Below are positions 1 through 9,797 of a stretch of DNA of 51,728 bases, in pieces. Location: positions 1 to 51,728 of IMG/VR virus record IMGVR_UViG_3300042326_001602; one strand, 5' to 3'. Below the pieces are notes generated by a model. It did no database searches. It saw nothing but the letters and a program-made list of their open reading frames with translations, and had not been told where the DNA came from. Position numbers and translations under genes: made by a program. The stretch is from a virus. Taxonomy: Duplodnaviria; Caudoviricetes. How positions within the stretch are numbered: position 1 is the stretch's first letter; each line of letters starts with the position of its first letter.

Positions 1-248
1 TGCCGCAGGACACCAGCGTCCTCGACGACAAGGGTCGCATGCGCGTTGACATCGAGATGCGCCGCCTGAAGGGCCACCTCCAGACCATCCTCCGCCGTGA
101 CGTCAAGGATATCGGAACCGCTATTGCGGACGCCGATGCCAAGATCAACGGTCAGGACGCAGTTGCCGTCGTCGTGAAGTGCCAGTACGACAACGTCAAC
201 GGAAAGATCTACCGCAAGGACTTCCTCGTGAAGCCCCTCGCCGGCTGA
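1..248 (+). CDS. 3' part of the SSB-like gene (duplicate of the end of 51182-51703)
   Basis: Translation matches the C-terminus of the 51182-51703 product. Confidence 0.85.
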   Translation, partial: PQDTSVLDDKGRMRVDIEMRRLKGHLQTILRRDVKDIGTAIADADAKINGQDAVAVVVKCQYDNVNGKIYRKDFLVKPLAG

Positions 249-273
249 TCTGATACACTACCCAGACCCCACC
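1..273. repeat. Left copy of terminal direct repeat (assembly overlap / circular permutation)
   Basis: 1-273 matches 51456-51728 except T125/C51580, A161/G51616 and A253/T51708. It begins inside the SSB-like gene. Confidence 0.95.
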
Positions 274-277
274 AGCC

Positions 278-381
278 GGGGGAGGGTTACCCGCAAGGTG
301 CCCTCCCCCTCATAGTCCCCCGGATAGCCCCCTGGTTGCCCCGAACGACGGAGAGCGACCAGGGGGTTTCCGCGGGGGGCC
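278..381 (+). promoter_or_regulatory. Two GC-rich hairpins between the SSB-like gene and the next gene
   Basis: GGGGGAGGG..CC-GCAA-GG..CCCTCCCCC (278-309) and CCCCCTGGTTGC...GCGACCAGGGGG (328-366). Confidence 0.55.
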
Positions 382-395
382 CGAAAGGAACACGC

Positions 396-833
396 GTGTA
401 CGAGACTCGGTTCGTCTATCAGCTGCCGATTGATGAGGCAGCCAACATCGCAAGCCAGGTAGCCAAGGTGTTGGAGGCAACCGAAGTTCATCCCGTAAGC
501 GTCAGCCTTGCAGTTGACGAAGACCGCGCCATCGCGACGATCATCTACCTCACGACTACGCCTGCCGAGAGCGACGACGTAATCAAGCAATGGCGTCGGA
601 TCAACAAGACCATTCAGGTCGAACGCAACCACAAGATCAACCCGGAGAAGTTCCGCAATATCGCCCTACTCGGGCTCGAGAACGGACAGCTCCGCAACAT
701 GTTTGCCAACGAGGTAGAGCGTCTGTGCCGCAAGGGCGTGGGCAGCAAGGGGATCCTTGACTACCTAACCGAGTGCGAAAGCATTGTGTCCCAGCTCAAG
801 GCGTACGTAGAATCTACACGTGCACCAGTCTGA
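396..833 (+). CDS. Hypothetical protein (145 aa; start moved to GTG 396)
   Basis: The conserved CCGAAAGGAACACGC ribosome-binding motif sits directly before an in-frame GTG at 396. Confidence 0.7.
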   Translation: MYETRFVYQLPIDEAANIASQVAKVLEATEVHPVSVSLAVDEDRAIATIIYLTTTPAESDDVIKQWRRINKTIQVERNHKINPEKFRNIALLGLENGQLRNMFANEVERLCRKGVGSKGILDYLTECESIVSQLKAYVESTRAPV

Positions 834-1266
834 ACACGGACTCTCTGCCGTCATCTCCCGACACTCCGGTGAACCCCTTTCCATCACCGGACCCTCCCCC
901 TTCACCGACACCACCGAACCCCTCCACGCCTACGCCGGCATCTACCGTGCACCCACAGGCTGGTGGGGCATCGTCGTGCACTGCCCACGAGGCACGCACC
1001 CCCAGCACGCGATCCAGCACTACGAGTCCACCGACACGCCCGTCACCTGGATCACGCCCCGTGCGAGCATCGGCCTCTACCGCATGCCGTCCAACGAGCT
1101 CGTCGTGTCCGCACGCATCCCCGTGCAGGCAATCGACGAGATGAAGGCGATCATCGGCGAGCAGTCAGGCGACGACTTTGCCGACACTCGCTTCGACCGC
1201 AGGCGCGTTCCCGCTGGCGTGCGATACCTACCCGGCAAGCAGATGCAGCTCTGGTTCTCGCTCTAG
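820..1266 (+). CDS. Hypothetical protein (148 aa)
   Basis: Overlaps the upstream stop, has phage-like codon bias, and converges on the late arm with overlapping stops at 1263-1266. Confidence 0.7.
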   Translation: MHQSEHGLSAVISRHSGEPLSITGPSPFTDTTEPLHAYAGIYRAPTGWWGIVVHCPRGTHPQHAIQHYESTDTPVTWITPRASIGLYRMPSNELVVSARIPVQAIDEMKAIIGEQSGDDFADTRFDRRRVPAGVRYLPGKQMQLWFSL

Positions 1267-4200
1267 CGATTGCCCCAGCGGTACATATCGCCCTGCTCCG
1301 TAGGCTGGCCGGGAACCCCACCAGCCATGAGCTGACCAGGTAGCGACTCAGCAATAGCCTGCTGGTACACATCTCGCGCAGTCTTGTCGATGCTCTCAAG
1401 CGTGCGGCCCACGACGCTCTCCTCGCGCAGCTTGATCGCCTGCTTCATCTGCTCCTGCGTCACGGTCAGCGGCAGGCCGAACCGCTTCTCGAAAGACACC
1501 TTGATCTTGCTGGCCGCGCTCATGTTGTTGCCGAGCACGGCGGCAATGTACTGCCGGCGACCCTCGCGGATTGCGTCGCGGTTCTTGAGGAGGAATTGGC
1601 TCAGCTCCTGCGGCTGGCTGAACCGACCCAGGTCCGCACCAAACGACCGAAGCACCACGTCGCTGGTGGGGAACTGCCCCATGAACCTGCCGTCCGCCTT
1701 GTACACGGGCACCATGCCGCTCTCCGCCTGCCGCCAGTCCGCATACGTCCGCTGAAGCCCCACCGCCTGCAGCGTCTCGCTCGGCCCCGCAGTGCCAAGC
1801 AGTCGGCTCACCGCCACGCCACCGGGCAGAACGCGGGGGATCAGATCGCCCAGGATTTCACTGTCCCCAGTACCTACATACTTCAGCGCCTGCCACCCAA
1901 GGTCAACCACGGGCGGTCGGTACAGCTGCGGCTCGTCGCCCTGCAGCGCCTCCTGTCCACCCACCAGGTCGGTGAAGCCAAGTCCAAGACCACGACTGAC
2001 ATCCGCGCCCAGCGTGCTCTTGAACATCTCGTACGCCACGGCGCTCACCGCCATCATGCGAGAGACGTCAATCAGCGTAGTCCCGAGCTTGCCGCTCACT
2101 TCTCGACCGGCAAAGGTGCGGGTCCCGCCCATCATCGCCGGAACCGTAGCCATGTTCGCAAACGACCGAAGGCCGTACTGCGCGAACTGACGGAACAGCG
2201 GCTCCCGTAGAACCGGAGCGTAGAACAGAGCAGGCCGGTTGATCGGGTTCGTTCCGAACTGGAACTGCTGAACCGCGTTAGCAGCGTCCATCTGCGCCCG
2301 CACAATGTCGTCCCCCACCATCCGTCCAGACTTCTGGTACGCGTTCAGCACGGCGTTTGCGGTCACCGTCCGGTTCAGCGTCTCGCTGAGCTGGAACGGC
2401 TTCATCATTGTCTCGAGCAGGCTGAACTTCGGCTTGCCGATGGAGGCGGAGGATCCGTATCCCGCCTTCTCGATCATGCTCCAGGTGCTGCCGATGTCGC
2501 CGATGCGGGTCATGTCGAGTTCGACATTCCCGAACTTGCGGCGGAAGTGCTTCTCCATCGCAGCCTGGATCTGCCCCTGCGTCGCACCCATGCCGAGCCG
2601 AGAGCGCTCAGCCAGGTACCCGCCGATCATGTTCAGGCTCTGGGCGTAGGCCTCGACCGTGTTCTTGAATCCCAGCTGGTGCACGCTCTGAAGCGGCTGC
2701 AGCAGGTTGATGAGCACGGTGCCTACGTTCAGGCCCATGTGGCTGGCGTACAGCTGGCGAGTGATCGACTGGAACGGACTGAACTCAAGGTCGGTCGAGT
2801 CGGTAGCCCACCGCCGCATGTCAGTCACAAACTTGCCCGCGTACCCACCCTTCGCCTCGACCTTCCGCATGAACTTGCTATCTGCAAGAGCCTGAGTCTG
2901 TCGCTTGATCAAGCCGGCAGCAGCAACGTGCGCCGCCCCGTCCACCGGCCGGATGCCGGCAATGGCCGGAAGGATGTGCTTGCGCCACAGCTCCGGGTAG
3001 TACTTGTCCTTCGGATCGGCCCGTGCCTCAACTTCAATGTCCGTATCGATTAGGTCGTACAGGGAGTACCCGCCAGCAGGCCGCTTCTCCGGAGCTACGC
3101 CCGACAGATCCCGGGTGCCGGCAGGGGCGCCCTCCTTGCTTCGGCCGGTGGGGCCAGGCAGACGAACGTCGGTCACGTTCGGGCCGTAGTCCTTCATAGT
3201 CACTCGCACCATCGGATCGCTCTCCGCGTCGTGCGCGAAGAACGCGTAGTCGCGAGAGACCGAGGTGATGTACTTGTCGGCAGCGACATCCGGAGCGACG
3301 CGCATGGTTCGGTAGAACCCCTGCTCGTCAATCGAGGTAAGGATGCGCTGCTTCTGGATCTCGATCAGCTGATCGAGCTCGGCCGTACCGCCGAAGTTGT
3401 CGGAGATGAACTGAAGATCACCCGGATCCCACGGCACCTCGTTCGTGCGCGTGCGCATCATGCCGCGGCCGGTGGGGTTGATCGGCTCCTTACCCGAGTT
3501 GTCCAGCTTGTTGGTGTACGGGTTGAACGCGATGCGCGAACCGTTCTTGTCCCGCGCCTCAAGTGTGTTGCGAGGCAGGTAGTAGGGATCCTCGAACCCG
3601 ACCGTCAGGGTGTCAACGACAATCTTCTCCAGTTCCTCCGCGCTTGCACCCATCTTGAAGTTCGACCCGCGCGAGCGCCTTCGAGCAGCCATCAAGCGCT
3701 CAGCCACCTCGTCCCCCAGCATGGCGCGAACCGCTTCTTCCCCACCAACCTCGAAGTTGCCGCTGCGGTTCAGGTACCCGGAGTTCTGGAGTGACTTGAT
3801 CTGGCTCCTCGCCAGACGCAGCACCTTCTTCTCGTCAATTACGAACCCACGACCGGCCGCATACGCAGCCTCGTCGCCGGCAAGAAGAACGCGCCCCTGC
3901 TCGTACAGCCTGCTCTCCGCAGCCTGAAACGACTTCAACCCAAACTTGCGCTCAACCTCTTCAAGGGAGCCGATGTCCCGAATGTAAGTCGGACGGTTAC
4001 GCCCCTCGAACTGGACGCGGGGTCCGCCCTCCAGCACGGAGTAGGAATCGACGCTGCCGTGTTCCGTAGGCCGATTCGGATCCACGCGCTTGCGGCCAAG
4101 ACCCATCTTCACGCTGATCTGCGTGCGCCCCTCTCGCATCAGGGTGCCGTACAGGTTCTTGTCCTCAGCTCGGCGACCAGGCAGACGGCGAAGAAGATCG

Positions 4201-5012
4201 ACATCCTCATCCTTCGTCACGTCAAGCGTGCGGTAATCGCCCTGCCTCTTCAGGCGCTTGACCTCGAAGAACTCAGCCTCAGGCACCTCAAGGAACTTGA
4301 TCTTGCGCTTGCCCTTCTCGTTCAGTTCCCCCACCAGCCGGATGTAGAACCGCTCGGGAATGACCTCGCCAACGACCTTCTCCGAACGGGGAGCATCAAA
4401 CCCAAGTCGACGGATCAGGTTGGCGCTGCGGATAAGACGCAGGTCTTTGGCCACCGCCGGATTCGGTGCATCATCGGGATCAAGGCTCTTCAGCTTGACG
4501 CCGTGGATCTGCTCGACCCGGCGAAGCAGGGAGTCCACCTCTCCGTCCATGATCTTCACCAGCATCTGCTGGGTGTCAGCCATGCGGGTAGCGCCTACCT
4601 GGGCCAGCGGAGCAGTACGCTTGCCGATCGACTCAGTAGCACCGCTCGTGAAGTGGAGCATCCGCAGCAACGGGAACGTCGCGGACCCAACCTGCCCAGC
4701 CCAGTGGCCCGCTTGGCCGCCCGCAAAGAACCTGCGACCAGCCGCAAGGTTCCGGGCAGCCGTGCCGTTTGCCCCCATCGTAAGCATCCCAAGCCACACA
4801 AACGGATTGGTGAAGACGTCAATGGCGAGATCCGAAACCGGATTACCGCCAAGACGTTCCTTCATCTTGCCGACAAACGACTCACGCTCAATGGGACTGA
4901 GAGATGCCGGATCAAACAGAACGCGACGCACCGAGTCGGTGGTCGCGATTCCGTTTGCCAGCTGCGTCAGGATGACGGCCGGCTTGTCGTAGGAGCGAAC
5001 CGGGTCAAACAC
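1263..5012 (-). CDS. Large putative internal virion / DNA-ejection protein (1249 aa)
   Basis: Last and largest gene of the late arm, at the position T7 gp16 occupies; mostly helical; no catalytic motif recognised. Confidence 0.6.
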   Translation of the reverse strand: MFDPVRSYDKPAVILTQLANGIATTDSVRRVLFDPASLSPIERESFVGKMKERLGGNPVSDLAIDVFTNPFVWLGMLTMGANGTAARNLAAGRRFFAGGQAGHWAGQVGSATFPLLRMLHFTSGATESIGKRTAPLAQVGATRMADTQQMLVKIMDGEVDSLLRRVEQIHGVKLKSLDPDDAPNPAVAKDLRLIRSANLIRRLGFDAPRSEKVVGEVIPERFYIRLVGELNEKGKRKIKFLEVPEAEFFEVKRLKRQGDYRTLDVTKDEDVDLLRRLPGRRAEDKNLYGTLMREGRTQISVKMGLGRKRVDPNRPTEHGSVDSYSVLEGGPRVQFEGRNRPTYIRDIGSLEEVERKFGLKSFQAAESRLYEQGRVLLAGDEAAYAAGRGFVIDEKKVLRLARSQIKSLQNSGYLNRSGNFEVGGEEAVRAMLGDEVAERLMAARRRSRGSNFKMGASAEELEKIVVDTLTVGFEDPYYLPRNTLEARDKNGSRIAFNPYTNKLDNSGKEPINPTGRGMMRTRTNEVPWDPGDLQFISDNFGGTAELDQLIEIQKQRILTSIDEQGFYRTMRVAPDVAADKYITSVSRDYAFFAHDAESDPMVRVTMKDYGPNVTDVRLPGPTGRSKEGAPAGTRDLSGVAPEKRPAGGYSLYDLIDTDIEVEARADPKDKYYPELWRKHILPAIAGIRPVDGAAHVAAAGLIKRQTQALADSKFMRKVEAKGGYAGKFVTDMRRWATDSTDLEFSPFQSITRQLYASHMGLNVGTVLINLLQPLQSVHQLGFKNTVEAYAQSLNMIGGYLAERSRLGMGATQGQIQAAMEKHFRRKFGNVELDMTRIGDIGSTWSMIEKAGYGSSASIGKPKFSLLETMMKPFQLSETLNRTVTANAVLNAYQKSGRMVGDDIVRAQMDAANAVQQFQFGTNPINRPALFYAPVLREPLFRQFAQYGLRSFANMATVPAMMGGTRTFAGREVSGKLGTTLIDVSRMMAVSAVAYEMFKSTLGADVSRGLGLGFTDLVGGQEALQGDEPQLYRPPVVDLGWQALKYVGTGDSEILGDLIPRVLPGGVAVSRLLGTAGPSETLQAVGLQRTYADWRQAESGMVPVYKADGRFMGQFPTSDVVLRSFGADLGRFSQPQELSQFLLKNRDAIREGRRQYIAAVLGNNMSAASKIKVSFEKRFGLPLTVTQEQMKQAIKLREESVVGRTLESIDKTARDVYQQAIAESLPGQLMAGGVPGQPTEQGDMYRWGNR

Positions 5013-5026
5013 CCGTCACCTCCAAG

Positions 5027-5428
5027 TCACTTCAGTCGAGAACGGATGCGAACTGTGACCATTCCACGAAGGCCGCTTACAGTGCCGGTGTAGTCAAGGC
5101 CGAGATGCGTGCCAACGGGCAGGGAGTTCTCGGTGTTCACGATGGTTCCAGCAATCGCGCCGGTTGCAGCAAGAGAAATGGCGTTCGACACCGCGGTGCC
5201 AGTTGCGACGTTTCCTGCAGTCGGAGCAGTACCAGGAGCAATGGCCTTGAGGGTCACGGTAGCGCCGGCCGCTGCGGCCGAGACAGACACGGTGACAGAG
5301 TCAACCACCATGTTGCGGTCGCAGTAGAAGAGAAGTTCGTCAGCCGCGCTGGCGTCGTGGACGAAGTAGTTGATGACGCGGAAGTCGTCGGGGTAGTGCT
5401 CAACGGGAAGAACATTTTCGCCAGGCAT
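5027..5428 (-). CDS. Small beta-rich virion protein (decoration / minor structural protein)
   Basis: AGGAG RBS; Ala/Thr/Val/Gly-rich 133 aa; inside the structural arm. Confidence 0.55.
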   Translation of the reverse strand: MPGENVLPVEHYPDDFRVINYFVHDASAADELLFYCDRNMVVDSVTVSVSAAAAGATVTLKAIAPGTAPTAGNVATGTAVSNAISLAATGAIAGTIVNTENSLPVGTHLGLDYTGTVSGLRGMVTVRIRSRLK

Positions 5429-5452
5429 GAGAGTGCTCCTTGAGTGAACAGT

Positions 5453-6256
5453 TTAGCGGGAGAATCGGCCGTCCGACATGGCTCGACCGAGTTCGTTCAA
5501 CAAATCCTGGCGGGGAGACCCGCCAATGACAATGCCACCTTGCGGCAACCGTCGACCGGCTGCAACGGATGCGTAGAGATCCGGAGCCTGGTTCTGGAGA
5601 TTCATCAGGTTGCGCTGGATGGAGTCCTCGTAGGACGCAGCCTGAGCTTCCTGGGTCAGCCGGTTCATCCGGCCTTCCCGCTCGCTCTGCTCAAGGTCAT
5701 AGATTGCCTTGCGAAGAAGCTCAGTCTCATCTACCCCTGCCGCCTTGTATGCAGCCTTCTTGGCTGCCATTCCCCCAAGCAACCCCAGAGCGGCAACCCC
5801 ACCAGCCCTCAGTACGTTACGGGTAACAGCCTGCCGGCGAAGCGAACCAAACGCCTCGCGAGGCTTCATGCCCTTCTTGTACTTGAGCCCCCGCTTCTTT
5901 GCCAGCTCCTCGAGTTTCTTGGTGTACTGGACATCCCGCTCTTCGTTAGCCGCCTTCATCAAACGCCGCTGCTGCTCAAGCCGCATTCCCGCAAACCCTG
6001 GAGAGCCTTCCGCAGCGGGGCCCATTTCAGGACCTGCCGGCGTAGGACCGACCCGGCTTGAATGCTCGTAAGCCTCCGGAAACGGACCGTGAATCTTCCC
6101 CTTGGGGAACGGACCAACTCGGCGCGGGTGGGGGTAAGCCTTCGGATTTGCGCCAGCGCGAGGGTCAGCCTTCTTGCGGGAAGACGGCTTCTTTGTCGGC
6201 GGCTTCTTGCCGTCAAACAGAGTTGCACCCTTGGGGACAGGCTTTCTCTTAGCCAC
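5453..6256 (-). CDS. Basic putative virion protein (267 aa) with one hydrophobic segment
   Basis: K/R-rich N-terminus with GP repeats; AGGVAALGLLGGMAA segment; coupled to the upstream gene. Confidence 0.65.
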   Translation of the reverse strand: MAKRKPVPKGATLFDGKKPPTKKPSSRKKADPRAGANPKAYPHPRRVGPFPKGKIHGPFPEAYEHSSRVGPTPAGPEMGPAAEGSPGFAGMRLEQQRRLMKAANEERDVQYTKKLEELAKKRGLKYKKGMKPREAFGSLRRQAVTRNVLRAGGVAALGLLGGMAAKKAAYKAAGVDETELLRKAIYDLEQSEREGRMNRLTQEAQAASYEDSIQRNLMNLQNQAPDLYASVAAGRRLPQGGIVIGGSPRQDLLNELGRAMSDGRFSR

Positions 6257-6701
6257 TGATCATCTCCGCCATCTGAATGACCTCAAGGGGAGACAGCGTC
6301 CGCTGAGACTGAAGAGCCGCAATCCTTGCAGTCTGCCCTGCAAGGATCCGATCAAGTTCCTGATCTCCTACGCTGCGAGCGCGACGCGCACGATCCATCT
6401 TGTACGACACCTTCTCGAGCTCCGAGAGCATGTCGTCCTCGGCAATCAGATCAGTCAGGCTGCGGGGGCGCCCGGACATAAGGCCAGCCATATCGCCAGT
6501 GTCATTGCCCATCCCGCCACGCATCATCTTGCGCTGCTCGAACTCGTCTTGGATCTCGAGCTGCCGGCGCAGTATGCGCTCCTGGTCATCCTCGCTCGGC
6601 TGGCCCGCACCAAAATAAAATGGGACAGAACTAAGAATTCCAAGCCCGCCAAGAATAGATCCGGCAGCAGGACTAGCAAGTGCAGCAAGGAACCCTGGCA
6701 T
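6249..6701 (-). CDS. Putative internal virion protein (150 aa)
   Basis: Gly/Ala hydrophobic N-terminus followed by coiled coil, typical of podovirus ejection proteins; coupled overlap. Confidence 0.6.
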   Translation of the reverse strand: MPGFLAALASPAAGSILGGLGILSSVPFYFGAGQPSEDDQERILRRQLEIQDEFEQRKMMRGGMGNDTGDMAGLMSGRPRSLTDLIAEDDMLSELEKVSYKMDRARRARSVGDQELDRILAGQTARIAALQSQRTLSPLEVIQMAEMISG

Positions 6702-7033
6702 TATGCGTTCTCCGTGAACACGATTGCGTCTTCCGCCTCAGGCGAACCGATGCGCCCCACCTTGCCAACCCAGCTGGTGGGGGACTTCCGCTCGACGTAC
6801 ACCAGGACATCCGACTCGCGCCAGATCGGATCGTACCGCACTTCCCACAACCAGCGACGGATTCCCTTGGGCGTCAACTTGCTGAACTCACGGTCCAGCG
6901 CGACCACCGGCAAGAACCCCTTATCCCCCACCAACCCAAAGCCGTTCTCCACCTCGGGGGTGACAAGTCCGACGCCGTACTTGTGCGCCATGTCGCTCAG
7001 GAACCGGCTCATGACCTTCCAGTCCGCGATCAT
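6701..7033 (-). CDS. Hypothetical protein (110 aa)
   Basis: Stop/start coupling on both sides. Confidence 0.65.
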   Translation of the reverse strand: MIADWKVMSRFLSDMAHKYGVGLVTPEVENGFGLVGDKGFLPVVALDREFSKLTPKGIRRWLWEVRYDPIWRESDVLVYVERKSPTSWVGKVGRIGSPEAEDAIVFTENA

Positions 7034-8664
7034 CAGTCGCCAGCCTCCGCCTTGCGCTCAGCAATCAGGCGAGCAAGCATGTCACCGGTCTCCCTGCTGC
7101 CGCGCCTACGAGCGGCCAGCATGCGAAGCGGACTCGTGCGCTCAGCCATGGCCTCTTCCTCGGCCAGGTCGCCAAGGCCGACCATGTCCTCGATCAGACC
7201 CTGTCGACCACGGGAGCGACGGTTAATCAGGTCCATGAGCTCGCCGCTCTGGTCACCCATGCCGGCAATGCCCATTGCCTCCTGAAGCCCGCTGAGCTGT
7301 CCGGTCTGCTTGAACGCACGAACGGCCTCAAGGCCAGCCTCGTACTCCGACAGGTCCATGCCCGGCAGGACGTTGGCTGCCTTGCGGAGCAGAGAACGCT
7401 GGATGTCAAACGCCTCGATTGCCTTCTTGATGCCGATGCTCTGAAGCGTCTGCTCCGGCTCTTCGGCCTGCATCTGAGTCCTGCGCGCAACAAGCTGGGC
7501 GTACTTCGACCCCTCTCCCCGATTCTCAAACGTCTCCGCCGCAGAGGCAAGGAGCATCTTCAAGGTAGACACGGGGACCTTTGCATCGGCCGCAAGCCTT
7601 GCAATCTCCGCCTTGTCCGCGCTGCCGGAGAGCGCCTTGTTCACGAGGTCGGCAGCACGAGCGGAGTCAAAGTCGCGAATGCCCATCTGCTCCAGCGCCC
7701 GAACGGTGCTGTTGGCGATGCGTCCCTTGAGGACATCGGTCATCTCGACCGCGTTCATCTCCCCACCAACCGCCATTGCAGAGGGAGTCTTGTACCAGGA
7801 GGCAGCCCCGAGCCGGCCGAAGCTGGTGGGGGACAGCTTCAGGAACTCAATGCCCGGTGCCTGTCCCGCATTCACCGCATCGCGGATAGAAGTGAAGTCG
7901 GGCGAGGCGGGGTTGAGGAAGTCAAGGCCACCGATCTGCTCGCCGTAGAACCTCTCGAACGCGCTGATGTTCGACTTGTTGCTCTCGTCGTCAAGCATCG
8001 CGGCGTACTGATTGGCAAACGCACGAGCGCGAGCCTGGCTCTGCTGCTCGACGCTCATCGTCCGGCTGAGGTTCTGCTCCGCACCGTTGATGATCCGCTC
8101 GACACCCTCACGGGTCTGTCCTTCCATTGACTGCTTGAGCGCAAGAGCCATGGAAGTCTTGGACTTTCGTCGGAGAAGATCACGCTCCTCAGCCATAAGA
8201 CCCGAGAGCACGTCAAGCATCCCGGCCTCGCGGGCATTCTCTGCCTGCACCCGGATGTTTTCGATTTCAAGGTCGTACTGCTGAATACGCGCAGCCTGCT
8301 GCTGCGAGAACTTCTGACTCGCCTCGCGCTGGGAATTGGCAAACTCCTGAGCCTTGGTCAGCTGCTCAAGCTCGAGCTCATTGCGGAATCGGTCACGAGC
8401 CATCTCGTGCTCGCGTCCAGCGGCGATGTCCTGCATGCCACGCTCAAACTGATAGCCAGACTGCGCCATGCGAGACTGGTCCATTGCCAGCTGCTGCTGG
8501 CGGTAGGCCTGCTCAGCGTCAAGAGCCTGCTGCTGCATGCCCATCTGCTGCATCTGGTTCATCTGCTGCAGACCCTGAGCACGGTTGAACTGCTCCTGGT
8601 TGATTAGGTCGGAGTAGGCCTGATGGCCTCCGGGGGTGATTGCGCTGCCAATCTGGCTTGCCAT
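7033..8664 (-). CDS. Putative internal virion / ejection protein (543 aa, Q-rich coiled coil)
   Basis: Position after the tail genes; Q/E/A/M-rich helical composition. Confidence 0.6.
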   Translation of the reverse strand: MASQIGSAITPGGHQAYSDLINQEQFNRAQGLQQMNQMQQMGMQQQALDAEQAYRQQQLAMDQSRMAQSGYQFERGMQDIAAGREHEMARDRFRNELELEQLTKAQEFANSQREASQKFSQQQAARIQQYDLEIENIRVQAENAREAGMLDVLSGLMAEERDLLRRKSKTSMALALKQSMEGQTREGVERIINGAEQNLSRTMSVEQQSQARARAFANQYAAMLDDESNKSNISAFERFYGEQIGGLDFLNPASPDFTSIRDAVNAGQAPGIEFLKLSPTSFGRLGAASWYKTPSAMAVGGEMNAVEMTDVLKGRIANSTVRALEQMGIRDFDSARAADLVNKALSGSADKAEIARLAADAKVPVSTLKMLLASAAETFENRGEGSKYAQLVARRTQMQAEEPEQTLQSIGIKKAIEAFDIQRSLLRKAANVLPGMDLSEYEAGLEAVRAFKQTGQLSGLQEAMGIAGMGDQSGELMDLINRRSRGRQGLIEDMVGLGDLAEEEAMAERTSPLRMLAARRRGSRETGDMLARLIAERKAEAGD

Positions 8665-9797
8665 TACGCGAGTCTCCCGAAGAGGTTGCTCATGCCAGGC
8701 GACATGTAGTCACGACGGTTTGCGCCAGTCACATCCACCGCACGAACCATCGTCTCAAACAAGGAAAGCGGTCCGAAAGGCTGGCTGTTGATAATGTTTG
8801 CAGCCAGCTGATTGCCGTTCAGGACGTAGTTCAACGCGGTTGCCTGGGCGTTCTGCATCAGGCTGCTGTTGAACTGAGCCATGTTGTTGTAGAAGCTGGA
8901 GATCTGCTGCTCGTTCTGCGCCTGAAGCGCAGCCTGCTGACCGCCGAGCTGTCCGATCATCTGTCCGATGCCGATGCCAAACTGACCCAGCGTCTGGCCA
9001 GCCATGCTCTGCATCTGCGCGATGTTCTGGTCCAGCGCCAGCATCGTGTCGCGAGCGCGCACGCTTGCCTGAGCCGCCAAGCCGGCGCTCTGCTGTCGCA
9101 TGCCCTGCTGGAGCTCGCCGGTCATCATGTCCTTCTGCTCCTGCGTCAGGTCGTCACGCCGAGCAATCTGGTCAAGCTGGTTCTTGTACTGCTGCTGGAC
9201 ACCCATTACCTCAGCCGCAGTGTCGCCCCGGTAGCTGGCATCAAACCCTGCGCGGGCCTGCTGCATGGTGCCGATGCCCTGATCCATGCGCTGGCGAGCT
9301 TCGCCAAGGCCGCTAAGCATCTGGCTCTTTGACTGCTCAAAGAACCTATTGCCCTGGTCGGCAGCCTCGCGCATCTGCTGCGCCTGCCGGTCCATCATGC
9401 CCATGTTCTGCCCAGCCGCACCCCGCGCGTCCTGAACCATCTGGCCAGCGCCCTGCATGCTGCCGAACAGATTTGCAAGAAGTCCCTGATATGCACCGAA
9501 CTCCTGCTGACGAGCAGCCTCGGCACGCTGGTAATCGTTGCCAAGAGCTCCAGCAAGAGCCTGCCCGTAGGTCGGGACAAAACCCCCACCAGGCCCCTGC
9601 TGAGGACCGCGCTGCCAGTAGGAGTTCTCGTTGTAGTTCGTAAAGCCGGGGGCAGACGCGGAGTAGGACGAATCACGGGGAGCGTGCTGCCATCCGCCGT
9701 AGTTAGGAGCACCGAACCCGCCCTGCTGCTGGTTCTGCTGCTGACCAAACAGCCCGGCAAGAGCCTGCATGAAGTTGCCGCCGCCGAACTGACTCAT
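8664..9797 (-). CDS. Putative pilot / ejection protein (377 aa, Q/G/M-rich)
   Basis: Low-complexity Q/G/N/F N-terminus plus coiled coil; coupled overlaps. Confidence 0.6.
   Translation of the reverse strand: MSQFGGGNFMQALAGLFGQQQNQQQGGFGAPNYGGWQHAPRDSSYSASAPGFTNYNENSYWQRGPQQGPGGGFVPTYGQALAGALGNDYQRAEAARQQEFGAYQGLLANLFGSMQGAGQMVQDARGAAGQNMGMMDRQAQQMREAADQGNRFFEQSKSQMLSGLGEARQRMDQGIGTMQQARAGFDASYRGDTAAEVMGVQQQYKNQLDQIARRDDLTQEQKDMMTGELQQGMRQQSAGLAAQASVRARDTMLALDQNIAQMQSMAGQTLGQFGIGIGQMIGQLGGQQAALQAQNEQQISSFYNNMAQFNSSLMQNAQATALNYVLNGNQLAANIINSQPFGPLSLFETMVRAVDVTGANRRDYMSPGMSNLFGRLA

Noticed and set aside
39-248. 69-aa ORF as an independent gene
   Set aside because: It is the duplicated 3' end of 51182-51703.
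336-395. Upstream TTG start, and similar long starts at 32174, 32837, 37471, 46916 and 51059
   Set aside because: These extensions run through hairpins or upstream genes; clear RBS motifs mark the downstream starts.
1263-5012. Virion RNA polymerase or lytic transglycosylase in the 1249-aa protein
   Set aside because: No DxDGD, single-subunit RNAP or transglycosylase motif was recognised.
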